A stretch of 64,000 bases of DNA from Smithella sp. M82 (GTDB taxonomy: Bacteria; Desulfobacterota; Syntrophia; Syntrophales; Smithellaceae). The notes under the pieces are model-generated. The model saw only the letters and a program-made list of their open reading frames with translations. It was not told the origin of the DNA and made no database searches. Below, in pieces: positions 16,694-25,390 of this stretch. The translations under genes and the position numbers were made by a program. Numbering within the stretch: the first letter of the stretch is position 1; each line of letters begins with the position of its first letter. The DNA is taken from assembly GCA_001683985.1 (NCBI GenBank), contig MAEO01000227.1, positions 4,958 to 68,957 on the forward strand, in the 5' to 3' direction.

Positions 16694-18133
16694 TCATCTT
16701 TTACAACAAACATCCGGCTTGCGGGCGGCCAGCACTTCATCCAACCGAGTAACTGGTGTGGTAACCGGTGCGCTTTTCACGCCTTCGGGATTTTCCTTGG
16801 CTTCCTTGGCTATGGCAATCATGGCCTTGCAGAAAGTATCCAGCGTTTCCTTACTTTCCGTCTCGGTAGGTTCAATCATGATTGCTTCCGGCACAATCAG
16901 CGGAAAATAAATTGTCGGTGGATGATAACCGTAATCAATCAGCTTCTTGGCAATATCTGTTGTGTGCACACCATTTTCGGCAACCTGCCTGCTGCCGGAA
17001 AAAACGCACTCGTGCATGCAGATCCGGCCATAAGGCAAATTATAGTATGGTTTTAATTTTTCCTTTACATAGTTTGCATTGAGAACCGCCATTTCTGTCG
17101 CACGTTTCAAACCTTCGGCGCCAAGAGAACGAATATAGGTATACGCTTTCACAACTACGTTGAAATTTCCGTAAAAAGAACGGACCCGGCCGATTGTGTC
17201 AGGAAATTTCTCCGACCATTTGTACTTATCATCTTTTTTAACAACGCGCGGAACAGGCAGAAAATCGACAAGCTCTTTACCGACACCTACCGGACCGCTG
17301 CCCGGACCGCCGCCGCCGTGCGGTGTGGAAAAAGTTTTATGTAAATTTAACTGAATAACATCGAAGCCGAGATCGCCGGGCCGGACTTTGCCTAAAAAAG
17401 CATTGGCATTAGCGCCGTCGCCATAAAGCAGGCCGCCTTTTTTATGAACGATAGCCGCTACCTTTTCAATATTGCGTTCAAACAGCCCCAGCGTGTTGGG
17501 ATTGGTCAGCATCAAAGCCGCCACATCTTCTGTCATCAAAGATCGTAGATGTTCAATGTCCACACCGCCTTCACTGTTAGAACGTAGTTCCATAACTTCA
17601 AACCCGCAAAGAGCGCTGGATGCCGGATTGGTGCCATGGGCGGCATCGGGAATCAGAACAATGCGTCGTTTCTGTTTCTTCTTTTCAAAATATTTTTTGA
17701 TAATCATTACACCGGTAAGCTCGCCATGTGCGCCAGCTGCCGGTTGCAGGGTAAATTCCGCCATGCCGAAAATGGCGCACAGATATTTCTGCATTTCATA
17801 GATGAGCTGTAAATTTCCCTGAGCAGATCTTTCATCAATATAGGGATGCAATCCGGTAAATCCGGGAAGCGCCGCGGCATTCTCATTAACTTTGGGATTA
17901 TATTTCATCGTGCAGGAGCCAAGGGGATAAAAGCCGAGATCAACGCCGAAATTACGCCGCGACAAATTGGTGTAATGACGGATTAGATCAATTTCAGCAA
18001 CTTCCGGCAAATCAAGCTCATTGCGCAGATATTTACCCCCGATCGTATTTTCGATGTTTACAGCCGGAACATCACTTGCGGGAACATCAGCGGTACTGCG
18101 TCCCGATTTACTTATTTCAAATATCAATTCCAT
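16694..18133 (-). CDS. gvcPB: glycine dehydrogenase (decarboxylating) subunit 2
   Basis: 479-aa ORF. LIFE.S..GR N-terminus, [27 protein letters not shown] (PLP-Lys region). Confidence 0.9.
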   Translation of the reverse strand: MELIFEISKSGRSTADVPASDVPAVNIENTIGGKYLRNELDLPEVAEIDLIRHYTNLSRRNFGVDLGFYPLGSCTMKYNPKVNENAAALPGFTGLHPYIDERSAQGNLQLIYEMQKYLCAIFGMAEFTLQPAAGAHGELTGVMIIKKYFEKKKQKRRIVLIPDAAHGTNPASSALCGFEVMELRSNSEGGVDIEHLRSLMTEDVAALMLTNPNTLGLFERNIEKVAAIVHKKGGLLYGDGANANAFLGKVRPGDLGFDVIQLNLHKTFSTPHGGGGPGSGPVGVGKELVDFLPVPRVVKKDDKYKWSEKFPDTIGRVRSFYGNFNVVVKAYTYIRSLGAEGLKRATEMAVLNANYVKEKLKPYYNLPYGRICMHECVFSGSRQVAENGVHTTDIAKKLIDYGYHPPTIYFPLIVPEAIMIEPTETESKETLDTFCKAMIAIAKEAKENPEGVKSAPVTTPVTRLDEVLAARKPDVCCKR

Positions 18134-18185
18134 GATTACCTCTTTTTAACTCCCGCTTAGAGACAGCGTCTCAATTTTTGTTCTT

Positions 18186-18275
18186 GTCATTTCGAAGCGT
18201 AGCGCGAAATCTTGCTTTTATTAATTTCGGTATTTTAAGATTCCTCACCCCGACAAATCGGGGTTCTGAATGACA
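18186..18275. repeat. 90-bp MITE-like composite repeat with about 11-bp terminal inverted repeats (GTCATTTCGAA...TTCTGAATGAC)
   Basis: Module A is 18186-18214 and module B is 18236-18275, 21 nt apart. The reverse-complement copy lies at 26371-26460 with the same spacing. Confidence 0.7.
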
Positions 18276-18323
18276 TCTTTTATTATTACGATGCCGGCCT
18301 TCGCCGGCATGACCGGATAATTT

Positions 18324-19649
18324 TTATTTCAATATCTCGATAACCTTATCAATATTTTCCTTGGAAATCATTTCCGTGGCACAAAAGAGCAACGTATTTT
18401 TCAACTCGGGATAATCTTTCTGCAGTTCGTAGCCGCCGATGATGCCTTCTTTTTTTAATTTCTTGTTCACTTTTCTGGCATCTGAACAGCGCAAAACAAA
18501 TTCATTGTAAACCGGCGCGGGAAAAACTTCCTCCCAGCCGGAAAGTTCCAATAGTTTATTTTTCAAATATTGAGTTTTATAAACGTTGAGTTCGGCAAGG
18601 CGCTTAAGATTTTTACCCAGGGCGGCAAGATAAACACCGGCCGCCAGCGCGCAGAGCGCTTCATTGGAACAAATGTTGGATGTGGCTTTTTCTCTGCGAA
18701 TATGCTGTTCGCGGGTTTGCAGTGTCAAAACAAATCCCCGCTTGCCGTTTTTATCCACGGTCGCGCCGACAAGTCTTCCGGGTATACGGCGCATAAACTT
18801 TTCCTTGGCGGCAAATATTCCCAGATAAGGACCGCCGTAGTTAAGCGGGTTACCGAAACTCTGCCCTTCACCCACGACAAAATCCGCGCCTAAAGAGCCG
18901 GCAGGATTTAATATACCCAGCGATGTCCCGTCAGTAAAACCTGCCGCAAGTAACGCTCCTTTGTTATGAGCGGAATCGGCAATGGAAGCGACATCTTCGA
19001 CGACGCCAAAGAAGTTAGGACTCTGCACCAGCACAGCAGCAACCTGATCATCAAGTTTCTTTTGCAGAACATCCAGGTCAATCTGACCGGATGCGGCATA
19101 CGGTACTTCAACAACTTTATACCCGTTAGCCCAAGAGTATGTTTTCACCACCTGTCTGTATTCGGGATGGACGGAACGGGCAATTATAATTTTACTTCTG
19201 CCGGACATTTTCGCGCAAAGTACCACGGCTTCGGCCATAGCGGAAGCTCCGTCATACATGGAAGCGTTGGCCAGTTCGGTGCCGGTGAGATGGGCAATCA
19301 TGGTTTGATACTCATAGATCGCCTGAAGAATGCCCTGGCTGATTTCTGCCTGATAAGGCGTATAGGCAGTGTAAAATTCGGCGCGTCCCGTTATATGTCC
19401 AACCACAGCCGGAACGAAGTGATGGTAAGATCCCGCGCCTGTTAAAGTAAACTGAGGCAGTTTATTTTTTCCGGCAAGATCGCTCATCATGGACATAGTT
19501 TCCAGCTCGGAGAGTGCCTGAGGTATATCCGGTATTTGTTTTATCCTGAATTTCCCGGGAATGTCGGAAAAAAGTTCTTCGATACCGGCAATACCAATTG
19601 CCGCCTGCATTTGCTTGATATCATCCGGAGTGTGAGGACAATAATCCAT
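18324..19649 (-). CDS. gcvPA: glycine dehydrogenase (decarboxylating) subunit 1
   Basis: 441-aa ORF. GAGSYHH, TPYQAEISQG and ATSNICSNEAL motifs typical of GcvPA. Confidence 0.9.
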   Translation of the reverse strand: MDYCPHTPDDIKQMQAAIGIAGIEELFSDIPGKFRIKQIPDIPQALSELETMSMMSDLAGKNKLPQFTLTGAGSYHHFVPAVVGHITGRAEFYTAYTPYQAEISQGILQAIYEYQTMIAHLTGTELANASMYDGASAMAEAVVLCAKMSGRSKIIIARSVHPEYRQVVKTYSWANGYKVVEVPYAASGQIDLDVLQKKLDDQVAAVLVQSPNFFGVVEDVASIADSAHNKGALLAAGFTDGTSLGILNPAGSLGADFVVGEGQSFGNPLNYGGPYLGIFAAKEKFMRRIPGRLVGATVDKNGKRGFVLTLQTREQHIRREKATSNICSNEALCALAAGVYLAALGKNLKRLAELNVYKTQYLKNKLLELSGWEEVFPAPVYNEFVLRCSDARKVNKKLKKEGIIGGYELQKDYPELKNTLLFCATEMISKENIDKVIEILK

Positions 19650-19684
19650 ATCTACCTTTTCTTTCTTTACGACTTTTTAAAATG

Positions 19685-19766
19685 TCCCCGGCATTCGCTG
19701 GGCTACGCATCTACTGAGTGTATCCGGCGCATACCGGATGTGCTTCCTCATGTTTCGCGCGCCTTG
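19685..19766. repeat. 82-bp GC-rich hairpin repeat core (inverted relative to the copy at 33349-33430)
   Basis: The reverse complement aligns along its length with 33349-33430 (CAAGGCGCGC...GAGGAAGC.CATCCG..AT.CGCCGGATAC...GATGCG.AGCCC...GCATGCCGGGGA). Confidence 0.7.
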
Positions 19767-19803
19767 CATATGAAGCATTTTACAAAGCCGTATATAATGT
19801 TCT

Positions 19804-20202
19804 TTAGTGTTTTTCCTCTTTCAGCATTTGTTCGTAATCGGCCGCCCTAAGGAGTGTCTTCAGTTCGCCCGCATCGGAAAGGCGTATTTTAACCATCCAT
19901 CCATCGCCAAAAGCATCCTGATTGACAATTTCCGGATTTGATTCCAACTTTGTATTCACATCGATAACCTCACCGCTGACGGGAGAATAAACATCGGATA
20001 CCGATTTTACTGATTCCACAACCGCTACCGGTTCGCCTTTAGCCACTTTTTTGCCATTCGTCGGCAACTCAACAAAAACGATGTCCGTAAGCATTTCCTG
20101 GGCGTAATCGGTAATGCCGACAACCACTGTCCCGTCGCCGTTATCCTTTGCCCATTCATGATCGCGGGAATAAACTCTGTCTTGAGGATTTGGTTTGGGC
20201 AT
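19804..20202 (-). CDS. gcvH: glycine cleavage system H protein
   Basis: 132-aa ORF. HEWA, lipoyl-lysine context VESVKSVSDVYSP. Confidence 0.9.
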   Translation of the reverse strand: MPKPNPQDRVYSRDHEWAKDNGDGTVVVGITDYAQEMLTDIVFVELPTNGKKVAKGEPVAVVESVKSVSDVYSPVSGEVIDVNTKLESNPEIVNQDAFGDGWMVKIRLSDAGELKTLLRAADYEQMLKEEKH

Positions 20203-20306
20203 TTTGTCCCTCCTTAAATATTATTTTGATCTTTTATAGAAAGGTCCTGGCATGCGCCGGGCCAGCAGCTTTTTACTTTGCCAACCTTATTAATCTATTT
20301 TATAGG

Positions 20307-21413
20307 TTATTTCTCCCGCTTATAAAAGGGAAGTTTAACAATTTTTGCCTGTACCATTGCATCGCGAACGGCAATTTCTATTTGAGTATCCGGCGCGCTA
20401 AAATCAATAGCGACAAATGCCATACCTATTGCTTTATTCAAACTCGGCGAAAATGTTCCGGAAGTTACAACACCGATTTCTTTACCTCCATAAAAAACTT
20501 TGTATTCATGCCGGGCAATACCCCTTCCGGTCACTTCTATGCCAACCAGTTTATTGCCCTTGCCTGAATTTTTCCTGGCCAGGACTGCCTCTTTTCCTAT
20601 AAATTCTTTGTTCATATCGACAATCCAACTATAAGGAACTTCCAGCGGGCTTACCGATTCATTCATATCCTGACCGTTGAGCATCATGCCTGCTTCCAAC
20701 CGCAGTGTATCTCTGGCGCCCAGACCTGCCGGTTTCAGACCTAAATGTTCACCGGCATGCATAAGACTATCCCATATATTGCCTATGACATCAGCAGCAG
20801 TATAAATTTCAAAACCGTCTTCACCCGTATAGCCGCTTCGCGAAATAATTGCCGGGAAACCCGCGACACGAGATTCGTAAAAATGATAAAAACGCAGAGT
20901 TGTCAAATCAGTCTCTGTAAACTTCTGCAAAATTTGTTCAGAACGCGGGCCCTGTAAATCGAGTTTGCCGGTTTTATCGCTGATATCTTTTAAACTGCAA
21001 TCAAATTTTTTCTTTTGTTGAATCTGATTAAGCCATGCCCAGTCGCGATCTTTAGGCGTGGCATTGGTGACCAGCATGTAAAAATCATTCGCCATTTTAT
21101 ACACAGTCAGATCGTCAATAATGCCGCCTTTTTCATTAAGTAGCGCAGATAACTTAACCTGCCCGATAGCTTGTTCCGCCAGATTTCTGGTTAAAACCAG
21201 TTGCAGAAGATCAAGAGCCTGAGGACCTTTAATTTCAATCTCTCCCATGTGACAAATATCAAAGAGACCGGCAAAACCTCTCGTTGCTCTATGTTCTTCT
21301 ATAACATTGGTGTACTGCACAGGCATGGCCCATCCGCCAAAATCAATTATTTTAGCATTAAGGGCGATGTGCTTTTCATACAACGGTGTCTTTCTCAATT
21401 TATTCCACCCCAT
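20307..21413 (-). CDS. gcvT: aminomethyltransferase (glycine cleavage T protein)
   Basis: 368-aa ORF. KTPLYEKH, FGGWAMPVQY, SRSGYTGEDGFEI. Confidence 0.9.
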   Translation of the reverse strand: MGWNKLRKTPLYEKHIALNAKIIDFGGWAMPVQYTNVIEEHRATRGFAGLFDICHMGEIEIKGPQALDLLQLVLTRNLAEQAIGQVKLSALLNEKGGIIDDLTVYKMANDFYMLVTNATPKDRDWAWLNQIQQKKKFDCSLKDISDKTGKLDLQGPRSEQILQKFTETDLTTLRFYHFYESRVAGFPAIISRSGYTGEDGFEIYTAADVIGNIWDSLMHAGEHLGLKPAGLGARDTLRLEAGMMLNGQDMNESVSPLEVPYSWIVDMNKEFIGKEAVLARKNSGKGNKLVGIEVTGRGIARHEYKVFYGGKEIGVVTSGTFSPSLNKAIGMAFVAIDFSAPDTQIEIAVRDAMVQAKIVKLPFYKREK

Positions 21414-21557
21414 ATTTTAAAATAAGAGCTATTACTAACGCTTAGACTTGTTGAGATTCGTTTTTGTCAAGTTTCACTATCATCGAGTATCTTTATCCCA
21501 CTCCGCTACGCTTCGGGGATAGTTCCACTAACGCTTCAAGCTTCACTTCGCTCGCTT

Positions 21558-22163
21558 TCAGCGAGTGTCACTAAACAGTTTTTCAAAAAAAAGTTGCTTG
21601 TCTTTGGGATAATAAATGTCTCCGTAATCAACAATTAATCTGCCATCAAGATGGTCAATTTCATGCTGGATAACACGGGCGACATAATCCAGATATCTTT
21701 TGTTAATTTTTCCCCCCTTGATATCTAAAGCACGAATCTTGATTTCCGGAAAGCGGCTTATTTCAACCTGAACATCGGGGCAGGAAAGACATCCTTCAGC
21801 CGCAGTCACTTTTTCGCCGCGTGTCTGAGTAATCCGGGGATTAACCAGCAACTCGATCTCATTGATATCTTTTATTTTTTTCTGTCCACCTTCTGAACCT
21901 TTAGCGCGGAAAACTATCACTCTTTTATTAATGCCTATTTGCGGAGCAGCCAATCCGGACGCATCATCTCTTTCCATAAAGGCATCTATTAGTGTCTGAA
22001 TTACCTCTTTAGCTTCTTTATTAAAAGGCACAGGTAATTCCATGGACTTTTTCCTGAGAACAGAGATATCTTGGGGATTTTCTCCCTCATCATTCCATAA
22101 TGTTAAAACTCTTTTTAAAGACATAAAACTACACCGAAAAATTAATCTGGCGCCATTTATCAT
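21558..22163 (-). CDS. def: peptide deformylase
   Basis: Motifs GLAAPQIG, EGCLS and HEIDHLDG. The true start may be the internal ATG at 22124 (MSLKRVL...). Confidence 0.85.
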   Translation of the reverse strand: MINGARLIFRCSFMSLKRVLTLWNDEGENPQDISVLRKKSMELPVPFNKEAKEVIQTLIDAFMERDDASGLAAPQIGINKRVIVFRAKGSEGGQKKIKDINEIELLVNPRITQTRGEKVTAAEGCLSCPDVQVEISRFPEIKIRALDIKGGKINKRYLDYVARVIQHEIDHLDGRLIVDYGDIYYPKDKQLFFEKLFSDTR

Positions 22164-22226
22164 CTATTCTTCGTTATTTCAAGTAATACCGATTAATATA
22201 CTAATATCAATAAATATTCGGTAGAA

Positions 22227-23549
22227 TTGCAGCTTGCAATGAGCACCTATATTTTGTTAAGGAATTATAATACTAATCTTGATACTAAGGACAGACAATT
22301 GATTAATCAAATAGTCACCAAAATAGCCCAACGGGAATTCGCCCGCTCGTTAAAGTTTGAAGAAGGAAGTTCGCCGGAATTGCCACCATGTAACGACGAA
22401 AAACAGCGCCTTCTTTATATGCATATCCCTTTTTGCGAAGAACTTTGCCCTTACTGTTCCTTTCATCGCATAATTTTCAGTGAACCGCTGACAAAAAGAT
22501 ATTTTCAAGCCCTACGCCGGGAAATTAAAACTTATCACGAAAAAGGCTATAAATTCGAAGGGATTTACGTGGGTGGCGGTACGCCGACAGTTTTGATCGG
22601 GGAACTGGCGGAAACGTTGAATCTGGCAAGGGAACTTTTTCCGATTAAAGATATTTCTGTGGAGACAAATCCCCATCATTTAATTTCCGAAAAAATTAAA
22701 GTTTTGCAACAATGCGGAATAAAAAGACTTTCTGTGGGAGTGCAAACCTTCAACGATGACATGTTGAAGAAAATAGGACGATATGAAAAGTATGGCTCCG
22801 GCAAGGAAATCGCAGAACGATTAAAAAATACGCAAGGTTATTTTCATACTTTAAACGCAGACATGATTTTTAATTTCCCCGGACAAACAGCCGAAATGCT
22901 CGAAGCGGACATAGACGTTTTACTTAAATTAAATATGGAACAAGCCACTTTTTATCCCTTAATGGTTTCTGCATCTACACAGGAAATAATGAAAAAAACC
23001 GTAGGCAACGTCGATTTCAGTGGTGAAGAAAAATTTTATAAATTGATAGTCAGGCGTCTTGAAAAATTTTATGATTTTTCCTCGGCATGGTGCTTTTCGC
23101 GCAAGGAATCACTGGTCGATGAATACGTTGTCGAGTTTGAAGAATACGCGGGTCTGGGCAGCGGCGCCATCGGTTATCTGCACGGAACCTGTTATTCCAA
23201 TACTTTTGATATTGAGGAATATATTTCTTCTCTGGAAAAAGGGAAACTACCTCTCCAGGCTTCCCGCAAGTTTGATCTTCACGATCAGATGAGTTATGAT
23301 TTTTTAATGAAATTATTCAGCACAAAACTGGATATCAGTGCTTTACAGAAAAAATATGACGGCAAATTTTTGAAAACCATGTGGAAGGAAATAGCCGCCT
23401 TCGAAATAGTCAGGGCTTTTCGCTATTTTGATCACTACTTGCACCTGACACCGTATGGCCGTTATCTGTGGGTAATCATGATGAGAGAATTTTTCATCGC
23501 CGTAAACAATTTCCGCGACTACTGCCGAAAACAGGTGAACATCGGATGA
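22227..23549 (+). CDS. HemN-family radical SAM protein (coproporphyrinogen-III-oxidase-like; exact function uncertain)
   Basis: The ORF opens at TTG 22227, with the first ATG at 22239. Motifs HIPFCEELCPYCSF (CX3CX2C) and IYVGGGTPT. Confidence 0.75.
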   Translation: MQLAMSTYILLRNYNTNLDTKDRQLINQIVTKIAQREFARSLKFEEGSSPELPPCNDEKQRLLYMHIPFCEELCPYCSFHRIIFSEPLTKRYFQALRREIKTYHEKGYKFEGIYVGGGTPTVLIGELAETLNLARELFPIKDISVETNPHHLISEKIKVLQQCGIKRLSVGVQTFNDDMLKKIGRYEKYGSGKEIAERLKNTQGYFHTLNADMIFNFPGQTAEMLEADIDVLLKLNMEQATFYPLMVSASTQEIMKKTVGNVDFSGEEKFYKLIVRRLEKFYDFSSAWCFSRKESLVDEYVVEFEEYAGLGSGAIGYLHGTCYSNTFDIEEYISSLEKGKLPLQASRKFDLHDQMSYDFLMKLFSTKLDISALQKKYDGKFLKTMWKEIAAFEIVRAFRYFDHYLHLTPYGRYLWVIMMREFFIAVNNFRDYCRKQVNIG

Positions 23550-23667
23550 AATATATTTTGTCTCTTTGAATTCCGATTTATAGGAGTGAAAAGTCTTTAA
23601 AACAAGATGTCTCGCTCCACTCGACATGACAAAAGAAAAACTTAAGAATATAAAAAATTGAATTTTG

Positions 23668-23756
23668 TTCCCCTTTAGAGGGGGTGTCGCGAAGCGACGG
23701 AGGAGGATTCATATAAAAAGAATTTCCACCCCCTGTACCCCCGCCAGCGCGGGACA
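23668..23756 (+). repeat. Composite GC-rich repeat (homologous to 42918-43011) upstream of selA
   Basis: GGGGGTGTCGCGAAGCGACGGAGGAGG...TCCACCCCCTGTACCCCCGCCAGCGCGGGACA aligns with GGAGGTGTCCGCTATAGCGGACGAAGGTGG...TCCGCCCCTTTAATCCCCCACCAGCGGGGGACA. Confidence 0.6.
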
Positions 23757-23787
23757 AAGAAATGAATTGGTATCGAATGAGGAAATT

Positions 23788-25203
23788 ATGGACGAAACAA
23801 AAAAAGAAATGTTGAAAAAGCTGCCGAAAATTGACGAGGTTCTTTTGATTTTGGAAAAGCAGAATATCTATGATCTGGCGCCGCGCGATATTGTCATTGC
23901 AACATGCCGGAAGGTTGTGCAGGATTTGAGAGAAAGGATTGTCAATGCCATGGAAAAGATTCCTGTGGAATCTTTTCCAGACGCGGCCATTGTCGCTGGG
24001 AAAGTGGAAAAGTCAATCAGGGGCTTATCCAATTATAGCCTGCGCCGTGTCGTCAACGCCACCGGCGTCATCCTGCATACCAATCTGGGTCGCGCGCCGC
24101 TTTGCCCCGAAGCGCTGGAAAGAATTCTGGACGTGGGCAAAGGTTATTCTAACCTGGAATTTGATTTGGGCAAGGGCGAACGCGGCCAGCGCTACGATCA
24201 TGTCAGTTCGCTGCTTTGCGCCCTCACTGGTGCCGAAGACGCTCTGATTGTGAATAATAACGCCGCAGCTGTTTTGCTGGCGCTCAATACTCTGGCCCAG
24301 AAAAAAGAAGCCATCGTATCGCGCGGTGAGCTCATTGAAATCGGCGGTGAATTCCGCATCCCGGAAATCATGCAGAAAAGCGCTACAAAACTTCGCGAAG
24401 TGGGCACAACCAACCGTACGCGCCTGAGCGATTACGAAAAAGCTATTAATAATAAAACCGGTCTGATTATGAAAGTGCATACCAGCAATTACCGCATTGT
24501 GGGATTTACCGAAGAGGCGGATATCGAATCGCTGGTTGCTCTGGGGAAAAACCACGGCATTCCGGTTATGTATGATTTAGGCAGCGGCTGCCTGATTGAC
24601 TTGGAGCTCTACGGCCTTCAGCATGAACCAACCGTGCGCGAAACACTGACCAAAGGTTGTGATGTGGTCACCTTTAGCGGCGATAAACTGCTGGGCGGTC
24701 CGCAGGCCGGAATTATTGTCGGCAAAAAAGAAGTCCTCGAAAAAATCAAAAAGAATCCCCTGAATCGCGCCCTGCGCATTGACAAGTTCACTCTGGCCGC
24801 ACTGGAAGCAACCTTAATGCATTACCTTAATCCTGCCGTGGCACCCAGGAAATTAAGAGCATTAAAGGCCTTAACCGAATCTGTTGTTGATGTAAAAAAA
24901 CGCGCTGAGAAATTAATCACGAAACTGCAGAAAGAAACTTTCGATTCGCTGGAGTTTTCCCTTCGGGAAGATTTTGCGGCTGCCGGCGGAGGTTCTTTGC
25001 CCACGCAGCAGATTCCCACTGTTTTAGTAGCTATCAAAAACAAGAAAATGACGGCAACCAAGATGGAAGAAAAACTGCGCCGGCTTGAAGTACCCGTAAT
25101 CGTGCGCGTGGATAAAGACGAAATCCTATTCGATTTGCGCACCGTAGCCGAAGACGACTTTACTTTCGTCATCGAAGGGTTGAGACAAATAATATCTAAT
25201 TAA
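23788..25203 (+). CDS. selA: L-seryl-tRNA(Sec) selenium transferase
   Basis: MDETKKEMLKKLPKIDEVL start, VVNATGVILHTNLGRAPL, FSGDKLLGGPQAG (PLP-Lys). The track ORF from 23665 is a repeat-encoded N-terminal extension; ATG verified at 23788. Confidence 0.85.
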   Translation: MDETKKEMLKKLPKIDEVLLILEKQNIYDLAPRDIVIATCRKVVQDLRERIVNAMEKIPVESFPDAAIVAGKVEKSIRGLSNYSLRRVVNATGVILHTNLGRAPLCPEALERILDVGKGYSNLEFDLGKGERGQRYDHVSSLLCALTGAEDALIVNNNAAAVLLALNTLAQKKEAIVSRGELIEIGGEFRIPEIMQKSATKLREVGTTNRTRLSDYEKAINNKTGLIMKVHTSNYRIVGFTEEADIESLVALGKNHGIPVMYDLGSGCLIDLELYGLQHEPTVRETLTKGCDVVTFSGDKLLGGPQAGIIVGKKEVLEKIKKNPLNRALRIDKFTLAALEATLMHYLNPAVAPRKLRALKALTESVVDVKKRAEKLITKLQKETFDSLEFSLREDFAAAGGGSLPTQQIPTVLVAIKNKKMTATKMEEKLRRLEVPVIVRVDKDEILFDLRTVAEDDFTFVIEGLRQIISN

Positions 25204-25209
25204 GAAATC

Positions 25210-25268
25210 GGCGCATTCGGGGGAATGCGCCCTACACCATAACGTAGGGACTGTTCCCCGAACAGTCC
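25210..25268. repeat. Rearranged copy of the GTAGGG/CCCTAC double-hairpin repeat
   Basis: GGCGCATTCGGGGGAATGCGCCCTAC-accataac-GTAGGGACTGTTCCCCGAACAGTCC. Both hairpin modules of 33166-33220 are present but permuted. Confidence 0.6.
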
Positions 25269-25390
25269 GAATACTGGATTGCCTTTGTTCAGCAAAGTCT
25301 TTTTGACTTGGCTGTCTGCAATACAGATAACCAGTCGAGTCCAAAAGACTCGACTGAACTTGGGGAGGAAAATTTACACGGAGTAACAAT

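Noticed and set aside
20250-20264. Second sigma-54-like site (minus strand TGGCCC-N5-ATGCC) in the gcvT-gcvH spacer
   Set aside because: The GG/GC spacing fits, but both hexamers deviate from consensus. The site sits inside a GC-rich palindromic segment within an operon, and no upstream dyad is evident. It is probably a chance match.
21414-21557. Glycine riboswitch upstream of gcvT (the classical location)
   Set aside because: Reading the minus strand, I could not find the conserved glycine-aptamer cores (GGAGAG...CACCGAAGGGGCAA-type segments). The region instead contains GC-rich hairpin modules like the other intergenic repeats. A covariance-model scan (RF00504) would settle it.
23550-25390. 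tRNA-Sec (selC) or any tRNA adjacent to selA
   Set aside because: Neither spacer (23550-23787, 25204-25390) shows an acceptor/T-arm pattern, a TCA anticodon loop context (CTTCAAA) or a GGTTCGA-type T-loop. The GC-rich parts are explained by repeat families.
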